A program made the translations under genes and the position numbers. DNA of 64,000 nucleotides from an uncultured Actinomycetota bacterium (GTDB lineage Bacteria > Actinomycetota > Actinomycetes > JAFAQI01): NCBI GenBank assembly GCA_963770565.1, contig CAVYQE010000011.1, positions 192,001 to 256,000 on the forward strand. Direction: 5' to 3'. Positions 1-8,166 of this stretch are shown in pieces (position 1 is the first letter of the stretch; each line of letters starts with the position of its first letter). The notes beneath the pieces are model-generated. The model had not been told where the DNA came from. It saw nothing but the letters and a program-made list of their open reading frames with translations, and made no database searches.

Positions 1-91
1 AACCGAGCCCGACCGCCTTACCGCCGACCAGGGCCACGTGCTCGGGCGCGCACTCGACGGTGGCTCGCACGAAGGGGTTCACGGCGCCCAT
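1..91 (-). CDS. PEP/pyruvate-binding (ATP-grasp, PPDK_N) subunit of a split PEP-synthase-like phosphotransferase; 5' part only, runs off the window
   Basis: Not in the ORF track. ATG at 91 with RBS GAGGAGGA; reads MGAVNPFVRATVECAPEHVALVGGKAVGLG, containing the VGGKA motif of PPS/PPDK N-termini; directly downstream of the PEP-utilizer gene. Confidence 0.8.
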   Translation of the reverse strand, partial: MGAVNPFVRATVECAPEHVALVGGKAVGLG

Positions 92-111
92 ATCCTCCTC
101 GTCGCTCGGGC

Positions 112-1965
112 TCAACTCGCGACACCGGCCTCGTCGGCGCGGTCGAGAATGCTGACTACGCCGGTGCCCCCGTCGACCCGCAACCGGTCGCCGGTGTGGA
201 TCATCGTCGTGGCCACGCCGGTCGCGACGACGGCCGGCAACTCGTACTCGCGCGAGACGATCGCCGCGTGCGACATGATGCCGCCGCCGTCGGAGACCGC
301 AGCCGCGATCCGGGCGAAGACGATCGACCAGCTCGGTGCGGTGAGCGGGCAGACCAGGATCTCGCCGTCGACGAGGTCATCCAGCTCCTCGACGTGGTGA
401 ACGACCCGCGCGACGCCCTCGGCCGTTCCGGGTGACGCGGCCAGGCCGCGGATCTCATCCCGTGAGCCGTCTCCGGCTTCTACTGCCAGCCACCGGTCGA
501 TCGTCTCGCTGTTGATGCCGAACAACGTCACGGTGATCGGTTCGGTGACCACCTCGGGCGGGACGCCGAGCGCGGCCGGCGGCTGCCATGCCTCGAGCTC
601 GGCGTAGATCCGCCGGCGGCGCGCCACCTCCTCGCGCCAGGTGAACTGACCGGATGTCGGTACGCCGAGTGACCACTGCGCCTCGACCTCGTACAGCAGG
701 CTGTACACCTCGTAGCGGTGGAAGAAGAAGATGTCGTCGTCCCGCTCGAGCATCCCGCCCGCGACGAGCACGGCGCCGAGCTCGCGGACCTTGTTGAAGA
801 AGATCGAGTGGTGCCAGTGCTCGACGTAGAAGTTGTGGTTCTCGACGTACGGAAACACCTGGCGCGACAGGGCGAGCAGGCTGTCGAACGTGGCGCAGGT
901 GTCCTCGTCGAGCAGGTTCCGGTAGCCGGTCGCGATGCGCTCGCGCTCTGACCGCAGGTGCTCCAGCGGCCGGCTGAGGTCCTCGTTCCGCTCGATCCTC
1001 GTGACGTAGTCGCGCATCGCCGCGAACGGCGGGTGCATGTCGTCGATCCACGCCCGGTTGGCGTGGCAATAGCCGGCACCGGTCGAGTAGTAGAACCAGG
1101 GGTCCTTGACGCTGTCGAGGTCGGCCAACCACTCCTTGCCCTCGGGTGTCGACTCGAGCACCGCGATCGCGTCGTCGGGCCGCCCCGGGGTCTTGAGGGC
1201 ATCGCCGACGCCGAGGTGGACCGCACGCTGCGCCAGCCGGCGCAGCTCCGCGTCCGGCCGGTACAGGATGACGTCGATCCCGGCCACCATCCGCGCGACC
1301 AGGTCGTCGGTGATCGCGGGGAACGTTGCACGACAGAACTCGAGGAAGGTCAGGTAGGCGCCGTAAGCCAGGTTGAGCATCTCGAAGTGGTAGTAGGCCA
1401 TCTCGTGCATGTTCTCGAGCAGCCGGCTGTAGGCGCCGAGGAGATCGAACGCGGTTGTGGTGCCGCGGGCCGACAACACCGTCTCAGTCGGCTCGCGATC
1501 GGCCAGCGGCTCGAAATGCATCGCCTTCAGGCGCTCGATGCACCCGGTCGCCTTGTCCACCCAGCGCTCGTAGATGCCGTCCCAGTTCTCGAAGTAGTGC
1601 CGCGCTCGCTCGGCAAAGATCGGTTCGCGCTCCGCGATCATGGCCGGGTCGTCGATGACGTTCGGGCTCAGGTAGAGGTAGCCGTTGACGATCCGCTGCT
1701 CGATCCCCAGCGCGGTCGGCAGGTTCCAGATCCGGGTCGTGTACTGGTTGAGCGACACCAACCAGCTCTCGGGCATCATCAGGTCGAAGGGGTAGACCGG
1801 CTCCGGGTTGTGCATCTGGTCGAAGAACCAGAGCTTCCCCTCGTCCCGCTCTCGCAGCTGCTCGCCGAACAGCAAGTACGACGGGTACATCGAGCGCCAG
1901 CCGTCGGCGCCATCGGGTGTCGGGACGTCGTACGGATTGCGAAAGGTGCCACGCGCTCGACCCAC
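112..1965 (-). CDS. PEP-utilizing enzyme, phospho-His (mobile domain) subunit, paralog 1
   Basis: C-terminal GLAASPG...GGIMSHAAIVSREYELPAVV..G...I.TGDRLRVDG swivel domain; long helical N-terminal part; GTG at 1965 after GGGAGG. Confidence 0.9.
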   Translation of the reverse strand: MGRARGTFRNPYDVPTPDGADGWRSMYPSYLLFGEQLRERDEGKLWFFDQMHNPEPVYPFDLMMPESWLVSLNQYTTRIWNLPTALGIEQRIVNGYLYLSPNVIDDPAMIAEREPIFAERARHYFENWDGIYERWVDKATGCIERLKAMHFEPLADREPTETVLSARGTTTAFDLLGAYSRLLENMHEMAYYHFEMLNLAYGAYLTFLEFCRATFPAITDDLVARMVAGIDVILYRPDAELRRLAQRAVHLGVGDALKTPGRPDDAIAVLESTPEGKEWLADLDSVKDPWFYYSTGAGYCHANRAWIDDMHPPFAAMRDYVTRIERNEDLSRPLEHLRSERERIATGYRNLLDEDTCATFDSLLALSRQVFPYVENHNFYVEHWHHSIFFNKVRELGAVLVAGGMLERDDDIFFFHRYEVYSLLYEVEAQWSLGVPTSGQFTWREEVARRRRIYAELEAWQPPAALGVPPEVVTEPITVTLFGINSETIDRWLAVEAGDGSRDEIRGLAASPGTAEGVARVVHHVEELDDLVDGEILVCPLTAPSWSIVFARIAAAVSDGGGIMSHAAIVSREYELPAVVATGVATTMIHTGDRLRVDGGTGVVSILDRADEAGVAS

Positions 1966-2045
1966 GGATCTCCTCCCGTGCGGAACTCTGGATGCAGGAG
2001 CAGGGCACATCATGGGTGGCCGGGGCGCGCCAATGGAAGGATTCG

Positions 2046-2082
2046 GTTCCTCATAGCAGAACAATGTTCCGCCATGAGGAAC
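2046..2082. promoter_or_regulatory. Tandem IclR-type operator pair upstream of PEP-utilizer 1
   Basis: GTTCCTCATAGCAGAAC-AAT-GTTCCGCCATGAGGAAC: two GTTC-N9-GAAC boxes that together form an inverted repeat, next to the iclR gene. Confidence 0.6.
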
Positions 2083-2092
2083 AGCGCCGCTA

Positions 2093-2899
2093 CTAGCGGA
2101 ACCCGGAGCCGCTCCACCACACCGGCTCCACGCTGCTGAGCTGCGCGGCCGCCGCCAGCACCCGCTGAGCGGTGCGGTTCATGTGGTCGCCGGCCACGCG
2201 CGCGGCCGGGCCGGCGACCGAGATCGCCGCCCGGGCGACTCCGGCGCGGTCCAGCACCGGCGCGGCGATCGAGGCCAGCCCGGGCTCGTCCTCCTCGATG
2301 CTGAACGCATATCCCCGGGCGCGGGTCTCAGCCAAGCAGCGCAGGAACTGTTCCTTGGTCCGGATCGTGCGAGGCGTCCGCCGCTCGAAGCCGTTCGCAC
2401 ATGCGACGTCGGCCACTGCCTGGTTGAAGGCCGCGACCGCCTTCCCGGAGCTGGTGAGGTGAATCGGACGCAGCCGCCCGACCCGGGAGGAGAACCGCAG
2501 GCCCTGGTAGCTCTCGAGCCGCTCCACGTAGAACATCTGGTTGCCCTCGGGGACGGCAAGGTGGACAGTTTCGCCGGTCTGGCTGCGGAGGGACTCCAAC
2601 AGCGGCAGCGCATGGTCCCGGAGCGGGTTGCGGCTGGCCACCATCTCGCCGAGCTCGTGCAGCCGGATGCCGAGCCGGTATGCGCGGGTCTCCGGCACCT
2701 GCTGCAGGAAGCCCTTCTGGCACAGGGTGGTCACCAGGCGATGCGCGGTGCTCTTCGAGATCCCCAACCGTCGCCCGAGCTCGGTGACACCGAGCTCGGG
2801 TTCGTCGGCGAGGCAGTCGAGAACGTCGAGTGCGGTCGCCACCGAGCGCAGGCTGCCGGCCTCAACCCCGAGACCGGCTGGTCGTGACTCGACACTCAC
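2093..2899 (-). CDS. IclR family transcriptional regulator
   Basis: SLRSVATALDVL...LGVTELGRRLGISKSTAHRL HTH; GETVHL, TSSGKA, RGYA...GLASIAAPV. Confidence 0.92.
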   Translation of the reverse strand: MSVESRPAGLGVEAGSLRSVATALDVLDCLADEPELGVTELGRRLGISKSTAHRLVTTLCQKGFLQQVPETRAYRLGIRLHELGEMVASRNPLRDHALPLLESLRSQTGETVHLAVPEGNQMFYVERLESYQGLRFSSRVGRLRPIHLTSSGKAVAAFNQAVADVACANGFERRTPRTIRTKEQFLRCLAETRARGYAFSIEEDEPGLASIAAPVLDRAGVARAAISVAGPAARVAGDHMNRTAQRVLAAAAQLSSVEPVWWSGSGFR

Positions 2900-2926
2900 G
2901 CGATTGCCCCTCCGAACGAGCCGACG

Positions 2927-3604
2927 TTACTCCGGGCGGAGCCACGGTTCGAGGCGTTTCACCGCAAGCTTCCCGGCCCAGGCGACATGGTGCCGCATCA
3001 GCCGGGCGGCGTTGGCCCGCCGACCGGTCCGCAACGCCGCCGCCACCGCCCGGTGCTGGCTCTCCGCCGCCGCCATGTCGTCCGCGGTGTAGGCCATGAC
3101 CGAGCGGTAAGCCTCCGGGATCGCGCACACCTGCCGGATCAGCGCGTACAGGCGCTTGCTGCCGGACGCCTTAGCGATCGTGTAGTGAAAGCTGGTGTCG
3201 GCCTCGAGCTGCCGGCTGGCCGGCGCGCTGTGCAGCAGGCCGAGCTGATCGCAGCTGCGGTCGAGCACGTCCAGCTCGGCAGCGGTGATGTTGGTGGCCG
3301 CGAGCGAGGCCGCCTCGGCTTCGAGCACCGCGCGCAGGTGGTAGACCTCCGCGACGTCGTCCGCGGCCAGCGCGAGGACGGTCGCGCCACGGTTGCGTTC
3401 GAGTGCGACCAGCCCGCTGCTGCCGAGCAGCAGCAGCGCTTCCCGGATCGGGGTCCGGCTGACCTGATAGCGCGCGGCCAGCGACTCCTCGCGCAGCCGG
3501 GAGCCGGGAGCGATGTGACCGTCGAGGATCTGCTGCGTGAGGTCGTGGGCGAGCAGCTCGGCGGTGCTTCCACCCCGGTCGAATGCCACCACCGGATTGG
3601 TCAC
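2927..3604 (-). CDS. GntR family (FCD) transcriptional regulator
   Basis: PGSRLREESLAARYQVSRTPIREAL wHTH; FH...SG FCD motif; GTG at 3604 after GGGAGG. Confidence 0.92.
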   Translation of the reverse strand: MTNPVVAFDRGGSTAELLAHDLTQQILDGHIAPGSRLREESLAARYQVSRTPIREALLLLGSSGLVALERNRGATVLALAADDVAEVYHLRAVLEAEAASLAATNITAAELDVLDRSCDQLGLLHSAPASRQLEADTSFHYTIAKASGSKRLYALIRQVCAIPEAYRSVMAYTADDMAAAESQHRAVAAALRTGRRANAARLMRHHVAWAGKLAVKRLEPWLRPE

Positions 3605-3630
3605 TTCGGTCCTCCCTGCGGAACAACCCT

Positions 3631-3668
3631 TTGACGCCGCGGCGCCAGATTGCATACTTGCATACAAT
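3631..3668 (+). promoter_or_regulatory. Promoter and GntR-like operator of the molybdoenzyme operon
   Basis: TTGACG (3631) then CATACT/TACAAT; direct repeat TTGCATAC-TTGCATAC and near-palindrome TTGCATACAA (3658-3667) between divergent gntR and the FAD subunit gene. Confidence 0.55.
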
Positions 3669-3724
3669 AACGTCCAGTCGCCCCAAAGCCCGCAGAAGAG
3701 GATCGCCATGAGGGTTGGAGTCGT

Positions 3725-4624
3725 GTGAAGGCCGCACCGTTCGGCTATCACCGTGCGACCTCGGTCGCCGAGGCGGTCGAGCTGTTGGCGGCGTACGACG
3801 GAACGGCCCGGGTCCTCGCCGGCGGCCAGAGCCTGGTCCCGATGATGAACATGCGGCTGATCCGCCCCGACGCGGTCATCGACATCAACGGCGTGACCGA
3901 GCTCAGCCGGGTGTCGGTCGACGGATTGACCACGGTCGTCGGTGCCACGGTGCGTTACAGCACGCTCGAGCAGTCACCCGTCATCGCCGAGCGGCTGCCG
4001 CTCATCCCGTACATGGTGCGGCACATCGGTGATCGGCACATTCGCAACCGCGGAACGCTCGGCGGCAGCCTGGCCCAGGCGGATCCGACCGGTGAGATGC
4101 CGCTCGCCTGCCTGGCGCTGGCTGCCACCGTCGACGTGGTCGGTCCGGCGGGCGCGCGCACGATCGCCGTCGACGAGCTCTTCGACACCTCCTACGCCAC
4201 CTGCCTCGATCCGTGCGAGGTCATCACCGCGGTCGTGTTCCCGACGATGCCGACACACTTCGCGTTCGCGGAGATGACCCGACGGCACAACGACTTCGCG
4301 GTGATCAGCGTCGCCTGCGTTGCCTCTGGGAGCCCGGCCACCGGCTTCCGCGACCTTCGCCTCGGGCTGGGTGGCGTCAATGACACTCCGGTGCTCGCAG
4401 CCGAGGTCGGCGAGATCCTCGAGGGCTCGACGTTGTCCGATGATGACATCGCGCGGGCCGGGCAAGCGGCGCTCAGCGCGGTCGACCCCCCATCGGACAT
4501 TCGCGCGAGCGCGGAATACCGTCGCCACCTCGTGCCGATCTACGTCCGCCGGGTGCTCAACCAACTCCGTGACCGCGCCGGCGGGTCCGGCGCGAACCCA
4601 TCAGCCCGAAGGGAATCGTCATGA
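3725..4624 (+). CDS. Xanthine dehydrogenase/CoxM-like FAD-binding subunit
   Basis: MKAAPFGYHR, LAGGQSLVPMMNMRL, IRNRGTLGGS, SDIRASAEYRRHL. Confidence 0.93.
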   Translation: MKAAPFGYHRATSVAEAVELLAAYDGTARVLAGGQSLVPMMNMRLIRPDAVIDINGVTELSRVSVDGLTTVVGATVRYSTLEQSPVIAERLPLIPYMVRHIGDRHIRNRGTLGGSLAQADPTGEMPLACLALAATVDVVGPAGARTIAVDELFDTSYATCLDPCEVITAVVFPTMPTHFAFAEMTRRHNDFAVISVACVASGSPATGFRDLRLGLGGVNDTPVLAAEVGEILEGSTLSDDDIARAGQAALSAVDPPSDIRASAEYRRHLVPIYVRRVLNQLRDRAGGSGANPSARRESS

Positions 4625-5247
4625 GGCTCCACGAGGAGTTCCAAATCGGCGAGCCGCTGGCGGCGGTCTGGACGTTCTTCGAGCAACCGCATCGCGTTGC
4701 CGGATGTATGCCCGGGGTCGAAGAGGTTTCTGTCATCGACGACGACCACGTCGACGTGCGGGCGACGCAGAGCATCGGCCCGATGTCGGCGACGTTCGAG
4801 GCGCGGGTCGAGGTGCTCGAACGAGTGACGAACGAGCTCATCCGCTTCCAGGCCACGGGCAAGTCGGTCAAGGGAGCGACCGGCCACATTCGCACCACCA
4901 ACGAGGTCCGGCTCAGCGAGTCGGACGGCACGACGACGGTGGCGATCGACGGCGACGTCATCCTCGCCGGCGCGCTCGGCAGCGTCGGTCAGAAGATCGT
5001 GGCCAAACAGGCCGGCAAGGTGACCGCACAGTTCGCCGACAACCTTCAGTCGGCTCTACGGGGCGAGCCGCCCAGGCTGCACGAGAGCGCACGATCGCGT
5101 CGCGGCGTCGAGGCCGCATCCGGTGCCGGCCTTCCGGCGTCCCCCGCACCGTCGGTCGACTGGAGCAAGATCTCGGCAATCATGAGCGCGATTTCGGCCG
5201 TTCTGAGCGTCATCGCGATCATCCGATCCCGCCGGAGGCCGCAGTGA
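4621..5247 (+). CDS. CoxG-like SRPBCC subunit with C-terminal membrane anchor
   Basis: VW.F......VAGCMPG SRPBCC start; C-terminal hydrophobic ISAIMSAISAVLSVIAII-RSRRR; ATGA coupling. Confidence 0.85.
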   Translation: MRLHEEFQIGEPLAAVWTFFEQPHRVAGCMPGVEEVSVIDDDHVDVRATQSIGPMSATFEARVEVLERVTNELIRFQATGKSVKGATGHIRTTNEVRLSESDGTTTVAIDGDVILAGALGSVGQKIVAKQAGKVTAQFADNLQSALRGEPPRLHESARSRRGVEAASGAGLPASPAPSVDWSKISAIMSAISAVLSVIAIIRSRRRPQ

Positions 5248-5783
5248 GCGACCAGGTGCGCTCGGCGCTCGGCACCGAATCGGCCGGGATCGGCGAGCCG
5301 AACGTGCTGATCACCGTCACCGTCAACGGCGCGTCGGTCACCGAGCAGGTGCCGACCCGGATGAGCGTTGCGGACTTCATTCGGCATCGGCTCGGACTGA
5401 CCGGGACCCACGTCGGGTGCGAGCAGGGTGTGTGCGGCATGTGCACTGTGCTCCTCGACGGTGAGGCGGTGAAGTCCTGCCTGATGTACGCCGCTCAGCT
5501 CGACGGTCATCAGGTCGAGACGGTCGAGTCGCTCAGCGGTGACGACGAGTTGAGTCCCTTGCAGGAGACGTTCAGGGAGGAGCACGCACTTCAGTGCGGC
5601 TTCTGCACCCCGGCCTTCCTGATGACGACCACCGCACTGGCCCGGGGTGGCGCGCCGCTGAGCCGGGACGAGATTCGGCAGGAGCTGGCCGGCGTGATGT
5701 GCCGGTGCACCGGATACGAGTTCATCGTGAACGCCGTTGACCGGCACTTGAACGGCAGCGCGCCGGGACGTGCGGATGACTGA
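5244..5783 (+). CDS. CoxS-like 2x[2Fe-2S] subunit
   Basis: GCEQGVCGMCTV...SC, QCGFCTP, CRCTGY; GTGA coupling to coxG. Confidence 0.93.
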   Translation: MSDQVRSALGTESAGIGEPNVLITVTVNGASVTEQVPTRMSVADFIRHRLGLTGTHVGCEQGVCGMCTVLLDGEAVKSCLMYAAQLDGHQVETVESLSGDDELSPLQETFREEHALQCGFCTPAFLMTTTALARGGAPLSRDEIRQELAGVMCRCTGYEFIVNAVDRHLNGSAPGRADD

Positions 5784-8166
5784 ACTCGACGAACGGGCGC
5801 CCGCGCGTGCGGCGATGCGCGTCATCGGCACCGACGTGCCCCGCAAGGAGGACGACCGGCTGCTGCGCGGTGCCGGCCAGTTCGTCGACGACGTGAATCG
5901 GGCGCACATCGTCGAGATGGCGGTGGGGCGCTGCCCCTATCCGCATGCCCGGATCCGGAGCATCGACATCTCGGCCGCCCTCGCGCTCGACGGGGTTTAC
6001 GACGTGCTGACCGGAGCGGATGTCGCGCGGCGTACCGAGCCGATCGGGATCCTGCGGCCGGTGCCCGGCGCACCGGTGATCCCGCACTACGCACTCGCCG
6101 TGGACGTCGCGACGTACGAAGGCCAGCCGGTGGTCAGCGTCGCGGCTCGAAGCCGGCACATCGCCGAGGACGCGGTCGAGCTGATCGAGATCGACTATGA
6201 GCCGCTGCCGCACGTGTCGGACGTGGCCGCGGCGCTGGCGCCGGATGCGCCAGTCATCCAGCCGGACGTGCTCGACAGCAACCTGCTGGTCAGCAACCCG
6301 CAGGGTGCCGGGGACGTAGAAGCGCGACTGCGCGAGGCCGACGTGGTCGTCGAAGGGCGATTCGTCATCAACCGCGTCACCGGGCTGCCGATGGAGACTC
6401 GCGGTGTCCTCGCCGAGTGGCAGCCCGGCGCGCGGACGCTCACTACGAGGGTGTCGACCCAGTCACCGCAGCTGGTGCGCAAGCAACTCGCCGAGTGCCT
6501 GCGACTCGACGAAGGCTGCGTACGGGTGGTCGCTTCGGATGTGGGCGGCGGTTTCGGCTTGAAGCTGGGCGCTTACCCCGAGGACGTGCTGGCCGCCCTA
6601 CACGCGATCACGCTGCACCGGCCCCTGAAGTACGTGGAGGACCGGTTCGAGCACTTCAGGGCAACCACCCACGCGCGCGAATCCGTGCACGACTACCGGA
6701 TCGGGGCTCGCGCCGACGGCCGCATCGTCGGGATGACCGACTCCTACGTCAACGATCTCGGCGGGTTGAACTCGCCGTTTGGCTCGTCACAGCTCTCGAC
6801 CGTGGTGTTCAACGGGCCGTACAAAGTCGAAGACGGCTTCGTCGAGCGGCGGATCGCCGTGACCAACAAGACGCCGATCGGCGCCTATCGCGGATACGGC
6901 CAGCCGGAGGTGAACTTCGCCTACGAACGGCTGATGGACACCCTCGCTCGTCGCCTCGGCGTCGACCCGGTCGAGCTGCGGGCGATGAACATGGTCCAGC
7001 CCGAGGACTTCCCGTGGGTCAACCCGGTCGGCGCGATCTACGACAGCGGCGACTACGAACGATGCCTGCGGATGGCGGCCGACGCGATCGACTACGAGCG
7101 ACGCCGCCGCGAGGGACGCGGCCCGTTCGAGGATGGCCGCTACCGCGGGGTTGGCTTCTCCTCCTACGTCGAGCGCACCGGATACGCCAGCGGGAAGTTC
7201 CTCGCGGCCCGCGGATCGCAGTTCGGCGCGCACGAAAGTGTCACGCTACGGGCCAACCGCTCGGGCGGCATCGATGTCTACACCGGGGTCTCGAGCATCG
7301 GCCAAGGCAGCGAGACCGTCTTCGCCCAGATGCTCAGTGAGATCGTCGGGATCGGGTACGACGCGATCACGATGCACGCCGGCGACACCGGGAACTCTCC
7401 GCTCAACACCGGTGCGTTCGCCTCGCGCACCGTGATTGCTGCGGCCGGCGCATTGCTCGAGGCGGGGGATCGGTTCCTCGCGAAGGCGCTGCGGATCGCG
7501 GCCGGCAAGCTCGAGGTCGATCCGGCGCAGCTCGAGCTGGTCGGCGCCGTCGTACGGAAGCGCGACGACCACAACATGTCGGTCCCACTGACCGAGGTGT
7601 TCACCAGCGCGATCCTCGGCCAGGGCCTGCCGCCCGGCGAGGCTCCCGGGCTTGACGAGACGGCATACTTCGAACCTCCCGAGGCGGCGTACTCGTTCGG
7701 CACCGCGGTAGCCGCAGTGACCGTCGACGCGGAGTCGGGCGAGTTCACCGTCGATCGCGTGGTCATGGTGCACGACTGCGGCACCCCGCTGAACCCGAAG
7801 CTGGTCGAAGGGCAGGTCCGGGGTGGCATGACCCAGGGCCTGGGGCAAGCTCTCGGCGAGGAGCTCCGGTACGACGCCGAGAGCGGCCAGCTCGTGAACG
7901 GCACGATGATGGACTACTTCGCGCCATCGATCTGTGACGTGCCGCCGATCGACCTGCTGCACACGACCGTCGCCTCACCGGTGACGACGTTCGGTGTGCG
8001 GGGAGCCGGCGAGGTCGGGTGCATCCCGGTAGCCGCGGCGGTCGCCAACGCAATCTGTGACGCACTCGCCGACTTCGGCGTCGAGCTCGACCGGCTGCCC
8101 CTCACCCCCGAGCTGGTGTGGCGGGCCCTGGACCACGCCCGATCTACTGGCGAACCTTGTCGTTGA
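5776..8166 (+). CDS. Molybdopterin-binding large subunit, xanthine oxidase family, paralog 1
   Basis: RKED.RLL.G.G.F.DD, GGGFGLK, AYRGYGQP, GQG, FASR, VEGQVRGG, GAGEVG. Confidence 0.93.
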   Translation: MTELDERAPARAAMRVIGTDVPRKEDDRLLRGAGQFVDDVNRAHIVEMAVGRCPYPHARIRSIDISAALALDGVYDVLTGADVARRTEPIGILRPVPGAPVIPHYALAVDVATYEGQPVVSVAARSRHIAEDAVELIEIDYEPLPHVSDVAAALAPDAPVIQPDVLDSNLLVSNPQGAGDVEARLREADVVVEGRFVINRVTGLPMETRGVLAEWQPGARTLTTRVSTQSPQLVRKQLAECLRLDEGCVRVVASDVGGGFGLKLGAYPEDVLAALHAITLHRPLKYVEDRFEHFRATTHARESVHDYRIGARADGRIVGMTDSYVNDLGGLNSPFGSSQLSTVVFNGPYKVEDGFVERRIAVTNKTPIGAYRGYGQPEVNFAYERLMDTLARRLGVDPVELRAMNMVQPEDFPWVNPVGAIYDSGDYERCLRMAADAIDYERRRREGRGPFEDGRYRGVGFSSYVERTGYASGKFLAARGSQFGAHESVTLRANRSGGIDVYTGVSSIGQGSETVFAQMLSEIVGIGYDAITMHAGDTGNSPLNTGAFASRTVIAAAGALLEAGDRFLAKALRIAAGKLEVDPAQLELVGAVVRKRDDHNMSVPLTEVFTSAILGQGLPPGEAPGLDETAYFEPPEAAYSFGTAVAAVTVDAESGEFTVDRVVMVHDCGTPLNPKLVEGQVRGGMTQGLGQALGEELRYDAESGQLVNGTMMDYFAPSICDVPPIDLLHTTVASPVTTFGVRGAGEVGCIPVAAAVANAICDALADFGVELDRLPLTPELVWRALDHARSTGEPCR

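Noticed and set aside
112-1965. Rifampin phosphotransferase or central-metabolism PEP synthase
   Set aside because: The ATP-binding domain is on a separate gene, there is no C-terminal pyruvate-binding barrel, and the context is catabolic.
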